DNA of 64,000 nucleotides, taken from the NCBI GenBank assembly GCA_947311625.1, contig CAMZKW010000002.1, positions 19,013-83,012 of the forward strand. The letters are read 5' to 3'. The notes under the pieces were generated by a model. That model was not told where the DNA came from and did no database searches. It saw only the letters and a list, made by a program, of their open reading frames with translations. A program made the position numbers and the translations under genes. Below, piece after piece: positions 13,688 to 24,626 of this stretch. The DNA comes from Candidatus Campbellbacteria bacterium (GTDB taxonomy: Bacteria; Patescibacteriota; Minisyncoccia; Phycocordibacterales; GCA-2747955). The first letter of the stretch is position 1, and each line of letters opens with the position of its first letter.

Positions 13688-14357
13688 ACCTTTCTAATTC
13701 GTTAAATTTTAAGTTATTGAAATCTTGATTATGTTTTTCAGAAAAATATTTTGATTTATTTTTTAAAAATTCTTTATACTCTTTAATCCCACCAATAGTA
13801 TCTAAGATATATTTAATTTCTTTTTGAGAGCAAATTTTATCCCCTTCTTCTTCTCCTAAAAATTCAAATAAAGATGTTTTTACTAAATCTTTTTTTATAT
13901 CATGATTATGATGTTTATAATTTAGATTTATATAAGCGGAAACAATTTCTCTACCCAATTCTCCATCAATATCTTTCGATTTAAATCTTCCTTGAAATAA
14001 AACACCGCTTCTTTCATATTTTTTATTAAAATATTTTGTATAAGAATTTGATATTTTAGACATAAATTTAGAAATACCATTTTCAACCTTCTGTTTTAGA
14101 ATAAAATGAAAATGATTTGGGAGTAAAGAGTAAGCAATAATTTCAACAAGTTTTTCATTATCTTTTTTATTTTCTTTTAAGATTCTTCTTTTTTTATTTC
14201 TTTCATTTGAATTCAAAGCCTCAACGGAATTAGCAATTTGAATTGCATCAAAAAAATAATACAAATCCCCCTTATCTTGAAAAATTATTCTTTTATCTAC
14301 ACCTCGATTATAAATGTGATAATATTTATTACTATAAAATTCTCTTTTTGTTGCCAT
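13686..14357 (-). CDS. IS200/IS605-like Y1 (HUH) transposase of the REP-associated (RAYT) type
   Basis: 223-aa intact ORF. YHIYNRGVDKRIIF, HUH motif LLPNHFHFILKQ and GVLFQGRFKSKDI are typical of COG1943/Y1_Tnp proteins. It is a single gene with no tnpB and is bracketed by hairpins at 13623-13687 and 14384-14448. Confidence 0.75.
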   Translation of the reverse strand: MATKREFYSNKYYHIYNRGVDKRIIFQDKGDLYYFFDAIQIANSVEALNSNERNKKRRILKENKKDNEKLVEIIAYSLLPNHFHFILKQKVENGISKFMSKISNSYTKYFNKKYERSGVLFQGRFKSKDIDGELGREIVSAYINLNYKHHNHDIKKDLVKTSLFEFLGEEEGDKICSQKEIKYILDTIGGIKEYKEFLKNKSKYFSEKHNQDFNNLKFNELER

Positions 14358-14383
14358 AGAAAAATCTTATCATATTTTTTCTA

Positions 14384-14448
14384 AATTTTCAACACCTTGA
14401 AGGTGTCCTTTTTATTTTAAAAAGGACACCTTCAAGGTGTTGAAAATT
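14384..14448. repeat. 65-nt perfect hairpin (30-bp stem) upstream of the RAYT gene, overlapping the stop codon of the tail-fibre-like gene
   Basis: AATTTTCAAC-ACCTTGAAGGT-GTCCTTTTT / AAAAAGGAC-ACCTTCAAGGT-GTTGAAAATT. The outer and inner stem segments match those of 13623-13687, while the 11-nt core is different and is compensated on both arms. Confidence 0.85.
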
Positions 14449-16336
14449 ATTTTTCTAATTTTTCTAATCTTCTTTCTAAATCGTTTAACCTTTTTTCCTG
14501 TTCCTTAATCTTTTTATCTTGTTCTTGTAAAAGATTTATCATTGGCACTGCTAATTTTGGATAATCAACAGCTAAAATTCCTTTATCATCTTTCTTTACA
14601 AATTCTGGGAAATATTTTTGAACTTCTTGGGCAATAATACCCACATCAGCTTTTCCATCTTTCTTTCAATTAAATCTTACAGCATTGATTTTTAAAATAT
14701 CTCTGTAATTTTCTAATTTTTTAATATTTTTCTTTAATCTTCTATCTGAATTATATACAAAAGAATCTGCTTTTACATTTCCATTAACTTGTAATTTTTC
14801 TCCTGGTGAAGTTGTTCCAATTCCGACATTATTAGACATATAAACATTTCCACCTGTAATATCTAATCTTGAAGCATTGTCTAAATGCAAATCAACTGTT
14901 GAAGAACCATTACCATAACCTAAATAAAAACCTCTCTTTCCATCATCCCTTCTTCCTTCAAAAATTCCATAATGATTATTGACTGTTGATTGAGCAGTAT
15001 GTCAATACCCGTCACCATTTATCATAGTTCTTCCATCAACTTGAAAACCACCATCTGCTCTTAGCATTTTATTTATATAAACATCCTTATTTCCAAAAGA
15101 TCTAATTCAAGTATTATCAGACATATTTCATCCACCACCATGATCTTGGAAATATAATCCATTACTCCCTTTTGTTCTAATTCATCCTGTGCTTTGGATA
15201 TCACCTATAACATCAAGTTTTTGAGATGGTGAAGTTGTTCCGATTCCGACATTACCACTAAAATAACTTTTATCAGAATAAATATTTAAATAAGTTAAAT
15301 TACCACCACCATAATTATATAAATTTAAATTACCCTTTCCTCCATTGGGGTGACCCGCACCTATAAATGTTCTCCCATCTGAATATTGAAAAAATGCACT
15401 GGCACTTCAATCAGAACTTGGGTTATCACTAAAAATATATTGTCCTTTTATATCTCCTGATACATCCAACTTCGCTGTTGGTGAAGTTGTTCCAATTCCA
15501 ACTTTACCATCTGTATAAACTGCATCAGCGGTACTTGTTCCATCAACAAATTTTCCACCTTTAAATAAAGAACCATTTTTGTATAGATCCCCTGAGAAAC
15601 TTATATTTCCATTTACATCCAACTTCGCTGTTGGTGAAGTTGTTCCGATTCCAACGTTACCATCTATATAAACTGCATCAGCGATATTTGTTCCATCGAC
15701 GAATTTACCTCCAAAATCAAGAAGAACCCCTGATTTATATAAATCTCCTGAGAAATTAATATCCCCTAAAACATCTAATTTTTTAGTTGGTGAAGTTGTT
15801 CCGATTCCCACTCTCTTTGTCCCCATATCAATAGTCATATTAAAATCATAACCATTAGCTAACCTATCTTTATCATAACCAAAGAAACCAAAATCATCAC
15901 CAAGACCACCAAGGTTAATAACATGTCCACTTGATGTTTTTTGCCTAATTAATGAATGATATCCACTAGTTGTTAACTGCGTTGACGATGTTATACCACC
16001 TGTTCCAGTTTTACCAGCAATTCACATACTTCCTGGAGCTGTAACTTTTAAATTACCATTAACATCCAATTTCGCTGATGGTGAAGTTGTTCCAATTCCA
16101 ACTTTAGAAGAACCAGAAGCATTACCTTGAAGTAGAATATCTGTTCCCACAAGTAAATTCTTCACACCGATACTACCATCTTTTGTTTGGGTTGATGTAG
16201 ATGTGTTTATGGGCGCTGAAACATTATTATTTGGAGCTGTCCCCGTAGGACCAACTCAGTTTTCGGCCATAGTTATACCTGCAAAAGTTGCCAAAACTGA
16301 AACCAAGATTATACTTATTATATTTTTTGTATTCAT
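14447..16336 (-). CDS. Secreted tail-fibre-like protein (629 aa) with repeated VGIGTTSPxxKLDV motifs and a C-terminal peptidase-S74-type intramolecular chaperone domain
   Basis: ATG at 16336 and a signal-like N-terminus (IISIILVSVLATFAGITMA). There are six copies of (V/R)GIGTTSP(S/T/G)xKL(D/Q)V. The C-terminus NSDRRLKKNIKKLENYRDILKINAVRFN[TGA]KKDGKADVGIIAQEVQKYFPEFV...AVDYPKLAVPMINLLQEQ plus a coiled coil matches the endosialidase/tail-fibre chaperone domain. I translated 15409-14888 by hand: only TGA interruptions. Confidence 0.8.
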
Positions 16337-16457
16337 ATTATTTTTGTTAGTTGCGAAGTTAAAAATAGGGAGCGAATGCGACCATATTTTTTTGAGCAAC
16401 GGATTATTTTTAATAACTTTATTTTAGCAAAAAAAGAAAAAAAAGAAAAGGGAAAAA

Positions 16458-16949
16458 TTAGTCGATTATTTCTCTATAGGGATCAACTATTCTTTCTTCT
16501 GCTTTTTTAACTATCACCTTATTAAATTTATCTTTAAATGATAGATTATCATCAGCTCTTTTTTCTATATCATCAATTAACTTTACAACTTCTTTATCAT
16601 CAACTTCTTTTTCTAAATTATCTATAAGTGCATGGCCTTCATCACTTACAACAATTTCTCTCACTTTTTTAAAAATTAATTCATCAACTTTTTTTGATAT
16701 TGTTGTAGCATTAGAATGACTAACTTGTAACTCTTCTTCTACGACTTTTACAAAATTATTTATAGAAATAATATTTAATAATGTTAATCCAACTATCCTA
16801 ATTAAATTATCTATTTTATCAATTCTTAAATTCAAATCTTTACCAATTTCACCACAACTATTCGCTACTCACACATCATCTAATATATCTCTTATATTAG
16901 CTGAACTTTTTTCATATGCTTTTTCTATTTCTTCCACTGTATATTCCAT
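16458..16949 (-). CDS. Acidic, probably helical 163-aa protein (hypothetical)
   Basis: ATG at 16949 (MEYTVEEIEKAYEK...). One TGA. It sits between the giant ORF and the tail-fibre-like gene on the same strand. Confidence 0.45.
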
Positions 16950-16989
16950 ACTTCCATTATAACAAATTTAAAAATAAAAAAATAGATTT

Positions 16990-19900
16990 TTAATCTACTT
17001 TTTCAGTATTAATATTAACAACGGTTGTATCTTTCTCTCTCGTATATAAGACAGAATCATTTTTTCATTTCTTATATTTTTCACTATCTTTATCAAAATC
17101 AATATAATAAAGAATATCAATCTTTGTTTTTTCAGTTAATCTTTTTCCCAGAGCGTTATTATCTTTAATAATATCGAAATATAATCAACCGCCACTAATT
17201 GGAACATATTTAGAAATAATATCTTCTCCAAAAACAACCCCCATATTATTTATTCCTGGTTCTAATTCATCCCCAATATCTCCCGTATAATCTGTAATAT
17301 TTACTAAAGCTGTTTTTTCATTTTCAAATAATTCTTTTAAAGAAGAATATTTTTCATCATTTTCAGGTTTTAAAACATCTACATATTTTAAAGATTTAAC
17401 ATCTTTATGGTTTACTTTCTCCCCAAAAGTCAAATGCATTCTATATAAGTAATTCTTATATTTATCATCAGTGCCTTTAAACAGTAAAGCAACTTTTTTA
17501 GCAAATGGAGGTATATAAACCTTATATGATTCTCATGATTTTCCATCTGATTCTACAGTTGTCTTATATTGTCCCTGTCCTTTTATACCATTGACAACAT
17601 TATCTCCCAATCCATCTGGATAAACAGCATAATGGTCCACGGATAAATTATAAGTATCATAGCTATATCAATCAAAATTACTTTGTTTATCGGGGTTGTA
17701 ATCAGTATGCTTTTCTACAGAACTAACATATGGCAAATAATATTTTCCCGTTTCTACATCCTTTTGACGATCTCTATCTAAAATAATTTCTGAACTTGAA
17801 ATAAAGAAATCTTTTCAATTATCAGTATTTGCATCGGGAGAAGCAGAAGGTGTATCTTCGGTCAAAATACTATTATATAGTTTATCAATATCTACTATAT
17901 TCATATCATTATCTGAACTAGAAGTATTAAAGTTTGTTGCTGTATAATTATAATCTTCTATAAGTTCATTTATCTCATAAGTCTTATTATTATCTAAAAT
18001 TAAAATATTTTCATAATCAAAGGCAAGAGATGCAATTCCATATCAACTTAAAGAATCTTCTATTTCCCCTTCTGTTACTCCAATAATTCCTCCATCATAA
18101 TCCCTTTTCGTTAATTCACCTCTACTTTTATTAAATTGTGTTAAATATATTTCAGCAGAAATCAAACCTCCTTTTTTTATTGGTTTTTCTAACGAGTAAT
18201 CAGTAATATGTCCATTTATAGTTTTTTCCATTTTTCTTGATTTAGACATATATATACCGAAAGCATCTCCTATCTTAGATGGCTCAAGAGCCCCCTCACC
18301 TTCAAAAATGGCAGATAAATCTTTTTGACTCTTTGCTTCTTCGATTAATTTAACTGCAGCTTCAGCTTTTTTCTTTCTTTCGGAGACATTCTTTAAACTC
18401 TTCTCTGCACTAGACATCCCCTTTACTGCTTGTTCATACTTACTTTCAATTTTTGAAATTACCGAATCCATAGTATCTTTTGTCAAGACAGAATATTTTG
18501 GATCATCTTCTGATTGTCGTCATTTTTTAGAATCTGATTCTAAATCATTTTTTCTTATGATTCACTTATCCTTTAGATCTAAAATGTAATTCAAAAATCT
18601 CTTATGTACTTCTACATTTTCTTTTCTAATTTTTTCTTCTATTACGAATGCTTCTGGATTATACATTTTTAATAATGATAATTTCTCAACATCTATATTT
18701 TTATCTTTTTCTTCCAAATCACTAGAATCAACACCTGCTAATCCCCCCTCAAAAGCATTAAATATTTTTTCCATTAATTGTGTTACCAAGGCACTTATTA
18801 ATTCATCAAACTCATCGGCTAAAAGCAAGTTTTCATTCTCCATACCTAGAACATCAGATACCTGATCTGAAATTACCTTACCCGGTGTAACATATTTACA
18901 TTTTTTCTTTCCCAAAGAAGAACTGGCACAACTTTTTGCACTTCTATTACAGGATTTTTTTGCAGAATCAGTTGTCGCTAATTTTAAACAATTCTTTAAT
19001 TTCTCTGCGCAAATTTTATTAGAAGATTTTTGTGAATATGTACCACTTTTTTCTCCTTCACATTTCTCAATGGACATAAATCCTTCACCTCTTTGAATAT
19101 CTTCTTTTTTATCAGCATTTTTTTTATCTATTGCTTTTTCTAAATCAGAAGATAATTTTATATAAGATCCATAAACATTATTATTTGAATTTGTTGTTTT
19201 CTTTAAAAAAGTATTTCAATATTTATTTGTATCAACCTTTCCATCACTAGTATAAAAATTTTTCACATCACCGAGGGCATTTTTTATATTTTGTTCTGCA
19301 CTAGAAAGTGTACACTCTGGAGCTTTAACATCTTCTGTTTTTAGTTTGCTTCCTTTTCCATAAAATTTCAAATTGATAGCAAATTTTAATGGTATTTTAA
19401 AATTTGAACATAAAAATTTAGTACTTTCACTATGAGAAATTATATCTCCTACAAATTTGTCAGTAGCATCTTGTAAAAACTGATTTGGATCAGAAATAAA
19501 AGTTGGCTTCCCTTCAAACCCCCCCTTTACTCATTCTGTGGTACTTTTCAAAATTCCATGAATTAAAGAATTTTTTAATTGATTTGCAGCATAGTCAAGA
19601 CCGCACTCTTTTGCTTGTCCTGCCCCATTAACCATTTTACTTCCAATATTGTTTACAGGGACTGATGCAATGTCAATTGCTTGAGCGGGGCCGGAAAATA
19701 TCGCACCCTGAGCAAAACAAACAGCGAATCCTATCGTAGCATTTTTTAAGATAGATCCTCAATCAATACCCGTATCATCATTGTTATAATCTTCTTGTCC
19801 ACCACTAATAGTTATGGAAAACTCTTTTATAAAATCAAATTTCCCGTCATTAACCCTAACCTTTACATTATACTGACCGTTAACAACACCTTCCTCATCT

Positions 19901-20535
19901 TTAACAATAAGTTTATCTTTTGATATTAAAAATGGTTGCATTACTTGAGCAACATCTGCAGTATTGTTATTCCCATCACCGCTGGTAGCTGTTGTATTAT
20001 CATCACCTAAGGTGTTACTAGGTTCACTTTCTTCATCTTTCACAATATTATATGTATAGACCCCATCTTCCCCATCATCTTCAACAATAAAATTACCAAC
20101 AATCCTATCTATGTCTTTCGACAAATCCACCTTTGTGGAGGTAATTTTTAAGTTTTTAACTTTTTCATTCAAATCATTAACATTTATATTTAGTATTTTT
20201 TCTTTATTAGTTGATTTTTCTATTACTTTTATTGAATAAATGCTTACTCTTTCAAAATCTATACTTGGAGTATTAACAATTAAATCTTTTTTATCTTTTA
20301 TTTTAAATCTGAAATTATCTACGAAACCATCTTCTAAAACAAACTCAGCTCCTACATTTCCCATATCTGAAAAAGTTCCGATTTTTGTCCCATTCTCAAC
20401 ATTTTCATTAACTGAATTATTATCTAATACAATACCATTATCAACATCTTCAGCGTATATAAAACCTGTAAAAATACCTGTAAATAACAATAAGGCAAAG
20501 AACAAAGATTTTTTTTTTTTAATTTTTTTTTTCAT
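16990..20535 (-). CDS. Giant secreted or surface protein (1181 aa). It has an N-terminal signal, cadherin-like repeat region, a hydrophobic segment, a Cys-rich region and a long uncharacterised C-terminal part.
   Basis: The four listed ORF pieces (19759-20535, 18562-19077, 18043-18486, 17185-17439) share one frame. I translated every gap by hand and found only TGA codons. The stop is TAA at 16992-16990. The N-terminus is KKKSLFFALLLFTGIFTGFIYA. Cadherin-like blocks include ENGTKIGTFSD...FRFKIKDKKDLIVNTPSIDFERVSIYSIKV. Confidence 0.8.
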
Positions 20536-20539
20536 ATTT

Positions 20540-21451
20540 TTATTTAATTTTTGATATTAAATTCAATAAAGAACTATAAAATATTGAATCTATTTCTTTA
20601 TAAACACCTAAAGCGATAACGAGAGATACTGGGTCTTTATCCACCTTGGAGTAATAATTCATAACTTCTATTTCTGCATTATAGGAATTAAGGTATTTTA
20701 AATAAATATCTGCCAAACTATCTGGAACCTCTATATTTTTTAATTCATCGAGATACTTTTTATGAATTTTTAAATTCTTTTCTATTTGAACTAAATATTT
20801 TGGATCTTTTCCTTCATTAAGATATTTATTTAGTAAAATAACCTCTTCTATTAATTTTTCATCCTTTAGTAGTTGTCACTTCCCCATCAGATCTTGTTTA
20901 AATTCTTTTCTATTGACATCTTTAATATTAAGATCTTTTTTACTAAATTTAGTCAAATCTATATCCACCTGACTCTCACCTATAATGGAATCTACTAGCT
21001 GATCTCTATTTCCTTTATTCAAACTCATATTAGAATTTTTTAATTTAACGCCTTCCTCTAAAAATCTATAAGTCACTCTGTCGGTATTTGTTAAATTAGG
21101 GTCGAATCTATAATCATAATTTAAGTGATCTATATTTTTAACAAGATCAATCTTCTTTTTTGCTTTATTTAAAGGGTCTAGAGGGTCACTTCCAGTTTTT
21201 ACTTCTAAAGCATCGGAAAATCCATCTCCATCAGTATCTTTTTTTGTTTTATCTGTTCCTGCTAATTCCTCTTCTCAATCTTCAAGACCATCCCCATCAG
21301 TATCAATTTTTTTGTTAATAATATCTGAAAATAAATCATTATTTTTTGATGTATTAAAAAAATTATTAAATACAAAATATAATATTATTGTGACTATCGG
21401 AATTATTAATATAGCAACAACTTTTTTACTCGGTAAATATTCTTTTCACAT
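20540..21451 (-). CDS. Membrane-anchored protein with thrombospondin-type-3-like Ca-binding repeats (303 aa)
   Basis: ATG at 21451 and a TM anchor (VVAILIIPIVTIILYFVF). DTDGDGLED[TGA]EEELAGTDKTKKDTDGDGFSDALEVKTGSDPLDP is a TSP3-like repeat. TAA stop at 20542-20540, 4 nt before the giant ORF start. Confidence 0.7.
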
Positions 21452-21487
21452 AAATTTATTTTACCTTATTTATAAAAAAAAACAAAA

Positions 21488-22267
21488 TTATTTTTTATAA
21501 TCTTGTTGTTTTTTTCATTCATACATTGCAATGGCACCCGCTACTGAAACATTCAGAGATTCCACCCCATTTTCCATTGGAATTGGAGTGATAAAATCAC
21601 ATTTTTCTAAAATCTTTTCTGAAATTCCATTCCCCTCTGACCCTAGAACAATAGCAGTATTTCCAGAAAAATTTTGTTCAAAAATATTACCTGCTGGATA
21701 TTCTCTTGTATCATCCATATCTATTCCATAAACTCAAAAATCATTTTTTTGTAAGTCTTCAATAATCCTATTTAAATTTAAATTATTTATAATATTGACT
21801 TTATTAGCATTTCCAGCAGAAGTTTTAAAAACCGTTCCATTAACTGGTGCTTGATTATTTTCTGGAACAAAAATTGCAGAAACACCAACAGCTGCCGCTG
21901 TTCTTATAATAGCTCCAAAATTTCCAACATCTTCAATTTTATCTAAAATTAAAACTAAATTTGATTCATTCTTTTTTAAATCTTGATTTAATCAATCATT
22001 ATATTTTTTGTATTGATATTTTTTTATTTTTGCTAAAATACCCTGAGAATTAACATCTCCAATTAAAAGTTTTGCCTTTTTTTCTTCAATAAAAGATACT
22101 CTTATTTTTTTTTCTGAAGATAAAGACTTCAAATCCCTCATATCTTTTGACATTCCGCCTTCTTGGTGAATAAAAATTATCTCTTCTATATTATTATAAT
22201 TTTCTTTAATTTGCTCTTCAACGGGTCTTTTTCCAAAAATTATTATTTCATTTTTTTCTTTTTTCAT
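21488..22267 (-). CDS. TrmH/SpoU-family RNA 2'-O-methyltransferase (RlmB-like)
   Basis: Family blocks are VGNFGAIIRTAAAVGV, IVLGSEGNGIS and IPMENGVESLNVSVAGAIAMYE. Pieces 21992-22267 and 21515-21718 are in one frame and merged across TGAs. Confidence 0.8.
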
Positions 22268-22325
22268 TTACAAATTATATCATATATTTATAAAAGAAAA
22301 ATTTATAAATTTTTTTTCTATATTT

Positions 22326-22334
22326 TGTTATAAT
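22326..22334 (+). promoter_or_regulatory. Extended -10 TGTTATAAT, 9 nt upstream of the recG ATG
   Basis: Sequence match. Part of the window-wide pattern described in the findings. Confidence 0.5.
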
Positions 22335-22343
22335 TAAAATATT

Positions 22344-24596
22344 ATGTTATTAGAAACTCCAATCTTAGAAACTGGTAGATTTACAGAGCATCAAAAAAAA
22401 GCACTGAAAAAACTAAAAATAGAAACTGTTGAAGATTTACTTTATCATTTCCCTGTTAGATATGGAGATTTCAACGAATTTACTTATATAAAAAATTTAA
22501 AATCTGGAGAACATGCCATTATCTACGGAAAAATTAAATCCATATCTGCAAAAAAAACCTTTAAAACAGGGTTGGCGATTACCGAGGCAATTCTAGAAGA
22601 ATCGACTGGAGATAATATAAAACTCATCTGGTTTTCCCAACCATATATTTCTAAAATTTTATCAACTGGTAGTTCAGCAAGATTTTCTGGAATAATTTCT
22701 GAAAGAAGTGGTAAATTATATATGACAAACCCAGAATTTGATGAAGTTGGAAAAAAAATACCATTAGAAAAAAGCGGTTCTCTTTTTGAGACCAACTCAT
22801 CGGAAGAATCACAAATTATCTTTCCAGTTTATAAAGAATCAAAAGGTATAACTTCAAAATGAATTTTTCATAAAATTAAAAAAATATTATCTGATAAAGA
22901 ATTTTTAGAAAAAACTAAAGATCCTATACCAAAAAATATTTTAAAAAAATACAATCTACCATCTTTTATATCTTCACTTATTTTTATTCATCTTCCTAAA
23001 AAAAAATCTGACTATCAATCTGCAAAAAAAAGATTTTCCTATGAAGAAATATTTTATATTCAACTCGTGAGAGGGATTGAAAAAAAAGAATATTCAAAAT
23101 CTGGGGCATATATTTTTGAACCAACAAAAATTAAAGAAGATAAAATAAAAAAGCAACTAGGATTTGAATTAACTTCGGCACAGAAAAAAGTTATGGAATC
23201 TATAAAAAAAGATTTAAAATCTAATATTCCAATGTCTAGGCTTTTGGAGGGAGATGTAGGTTCTGGAAAAACTGTCATAGCGGCTTTAACATCTTATTTT
23301 GCCGCAAGCACAAAACCAAAGGGGCAAAATTTTGGTCATAGCCAGGTTGCCTATATGGCTCCTACGGAAATTTTAGCAAAACAAATATTTTCTGAATTTA
23401 AAAAAATATTGGGACCTTTGGGTATATCTTTAGGATTATTAACTTCTAAAGATGTCAGAAAATTTCCATCAAAAATTTCCAATGAAGAAACTAAAATTTC
23501 TAAAAAAAAACTTTTGGACTGAATCTTAAATGGAGAAATACAAATAACAATTGGGACCCATGCTCTTATTTCAAAAAATGTTTTTTTTGAAAATCTTGGA
23601 TTAATTATAATTGATGAGCAACATAGGTTTGGTAAAAAGCAAAGAGCAACTCTGAGACAAAAATCTCAAGAGAAAAAAGATTCAGAAAAAATTCAGAAAA
23701 ATAAATCAAAAAAGATTCAGAAAAAAGGCCTCGTGGAAAATGATAATATACTCCCCCACATGCTATCTATGACGGCAACGCCAATACCAAGAACACTAGC
23801 CCTTACTATCTATGGAGATTTAGATATATCTGTTATGGACGAACTCCCCCCTGGGAGAAAAAAAATAGATACACAGGTTTATATAGATAATGAGGGGGAA
23901 AGAAAAAAAGTTTATTTTGAAGTTGAAAAAGAGCTAAAAAAAGAAAGGCAAATGTATGTAATCTGTCCTAGAATAGATGATCCAGACCCCGATAAAAAGA
24001 TGTCTTTAAATTTAAAGTCTGCTGTTTCTACCCAAAAACATTTTCAAAAACATCCATTGTTTAAAAAATACAATATAGGGCTCCTTCATTCAAAATTAAG
24101 TAAAGATGAAAAAAATAAAGTTATGGAGGATTTTGAAAAAGGAAAAATTGATATTTTAGTCTCCACTTCTGTGGTTGAAGTTGGAGTTTCAGTCGCAAAT
24201 GCTACGGTTATGATTATTGAAGGTGGAGAAAGATTTGGGTTATCACAGCTTCATCAATTTAGAGGTCGTGTTATGCGTTCCTCTCATCAACCATATTGTT
24301 ATATTTTTGCAAATACAAAAAATGAAAAATCCCTGGAAAGACTCTCGGCTTTAAAAAAAAGCTCCAATGGTTTTGAATTAGCAGAATATGATTTAAAATT
24401 CAGAGGGTCTGGAGAGATAATGGGAAATAAACAATCTGGAATATCTGATTTAGCCATGGAGGCAATATCTAATATAAAATTAGTTGAACTTGCGAGGAAT
24501 GAGGCTCAAAATTTAATAGAGGGTGATAAATGAAAAAAAGAAAAAAAAGTTGTTTTAAAATTAGAAAAAATTTCCAGAAAAGTTCATATGGAATAA
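22344..24596 (+). CDS. recG: ATP-dependent DNA helicase RecG
   Basis: Wedge-domain N-terminus, Walker A (GDVGSGKTVIAAL), DEQHRFG, and helicase motifs SMTATPIPRTL, VEVGVSVANATVMII and QLHQFRGRVMRS. Three pieces are in one frame joined at TGAs. It continues past TGA 24531 to TAA 24594. Confidence 0.93.
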
Positions 24597-24602
24597 AAAA
24601 AA

Positions 24603-24621
24603 TGGCGCGCTTCGCGCGCCA
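24603..24621. terminator. GC hairpin TGGCGCGC-TTC-GCGCGCCA (family 2), bidirectional context
   Basis: An A run lies before it and a T run after it. It sits between convergent recG and the 24627-25199 gene. Confidence 0.8.
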
Positions 24622-24626
24622 CTTTT

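Noticed and set aside
13686-21451. A prophage spanning the RAYT gene, the tail-fibre-like gene and the giant ORFs.
   Set aside because: I recognise no capsid, portal, terminase, tape-measure, baseplate, lysis or integrase genes. The fibre-like protein and the giant ORF have cellular-type signal peptides. I treat the region as a cellular surface-protein cluster.
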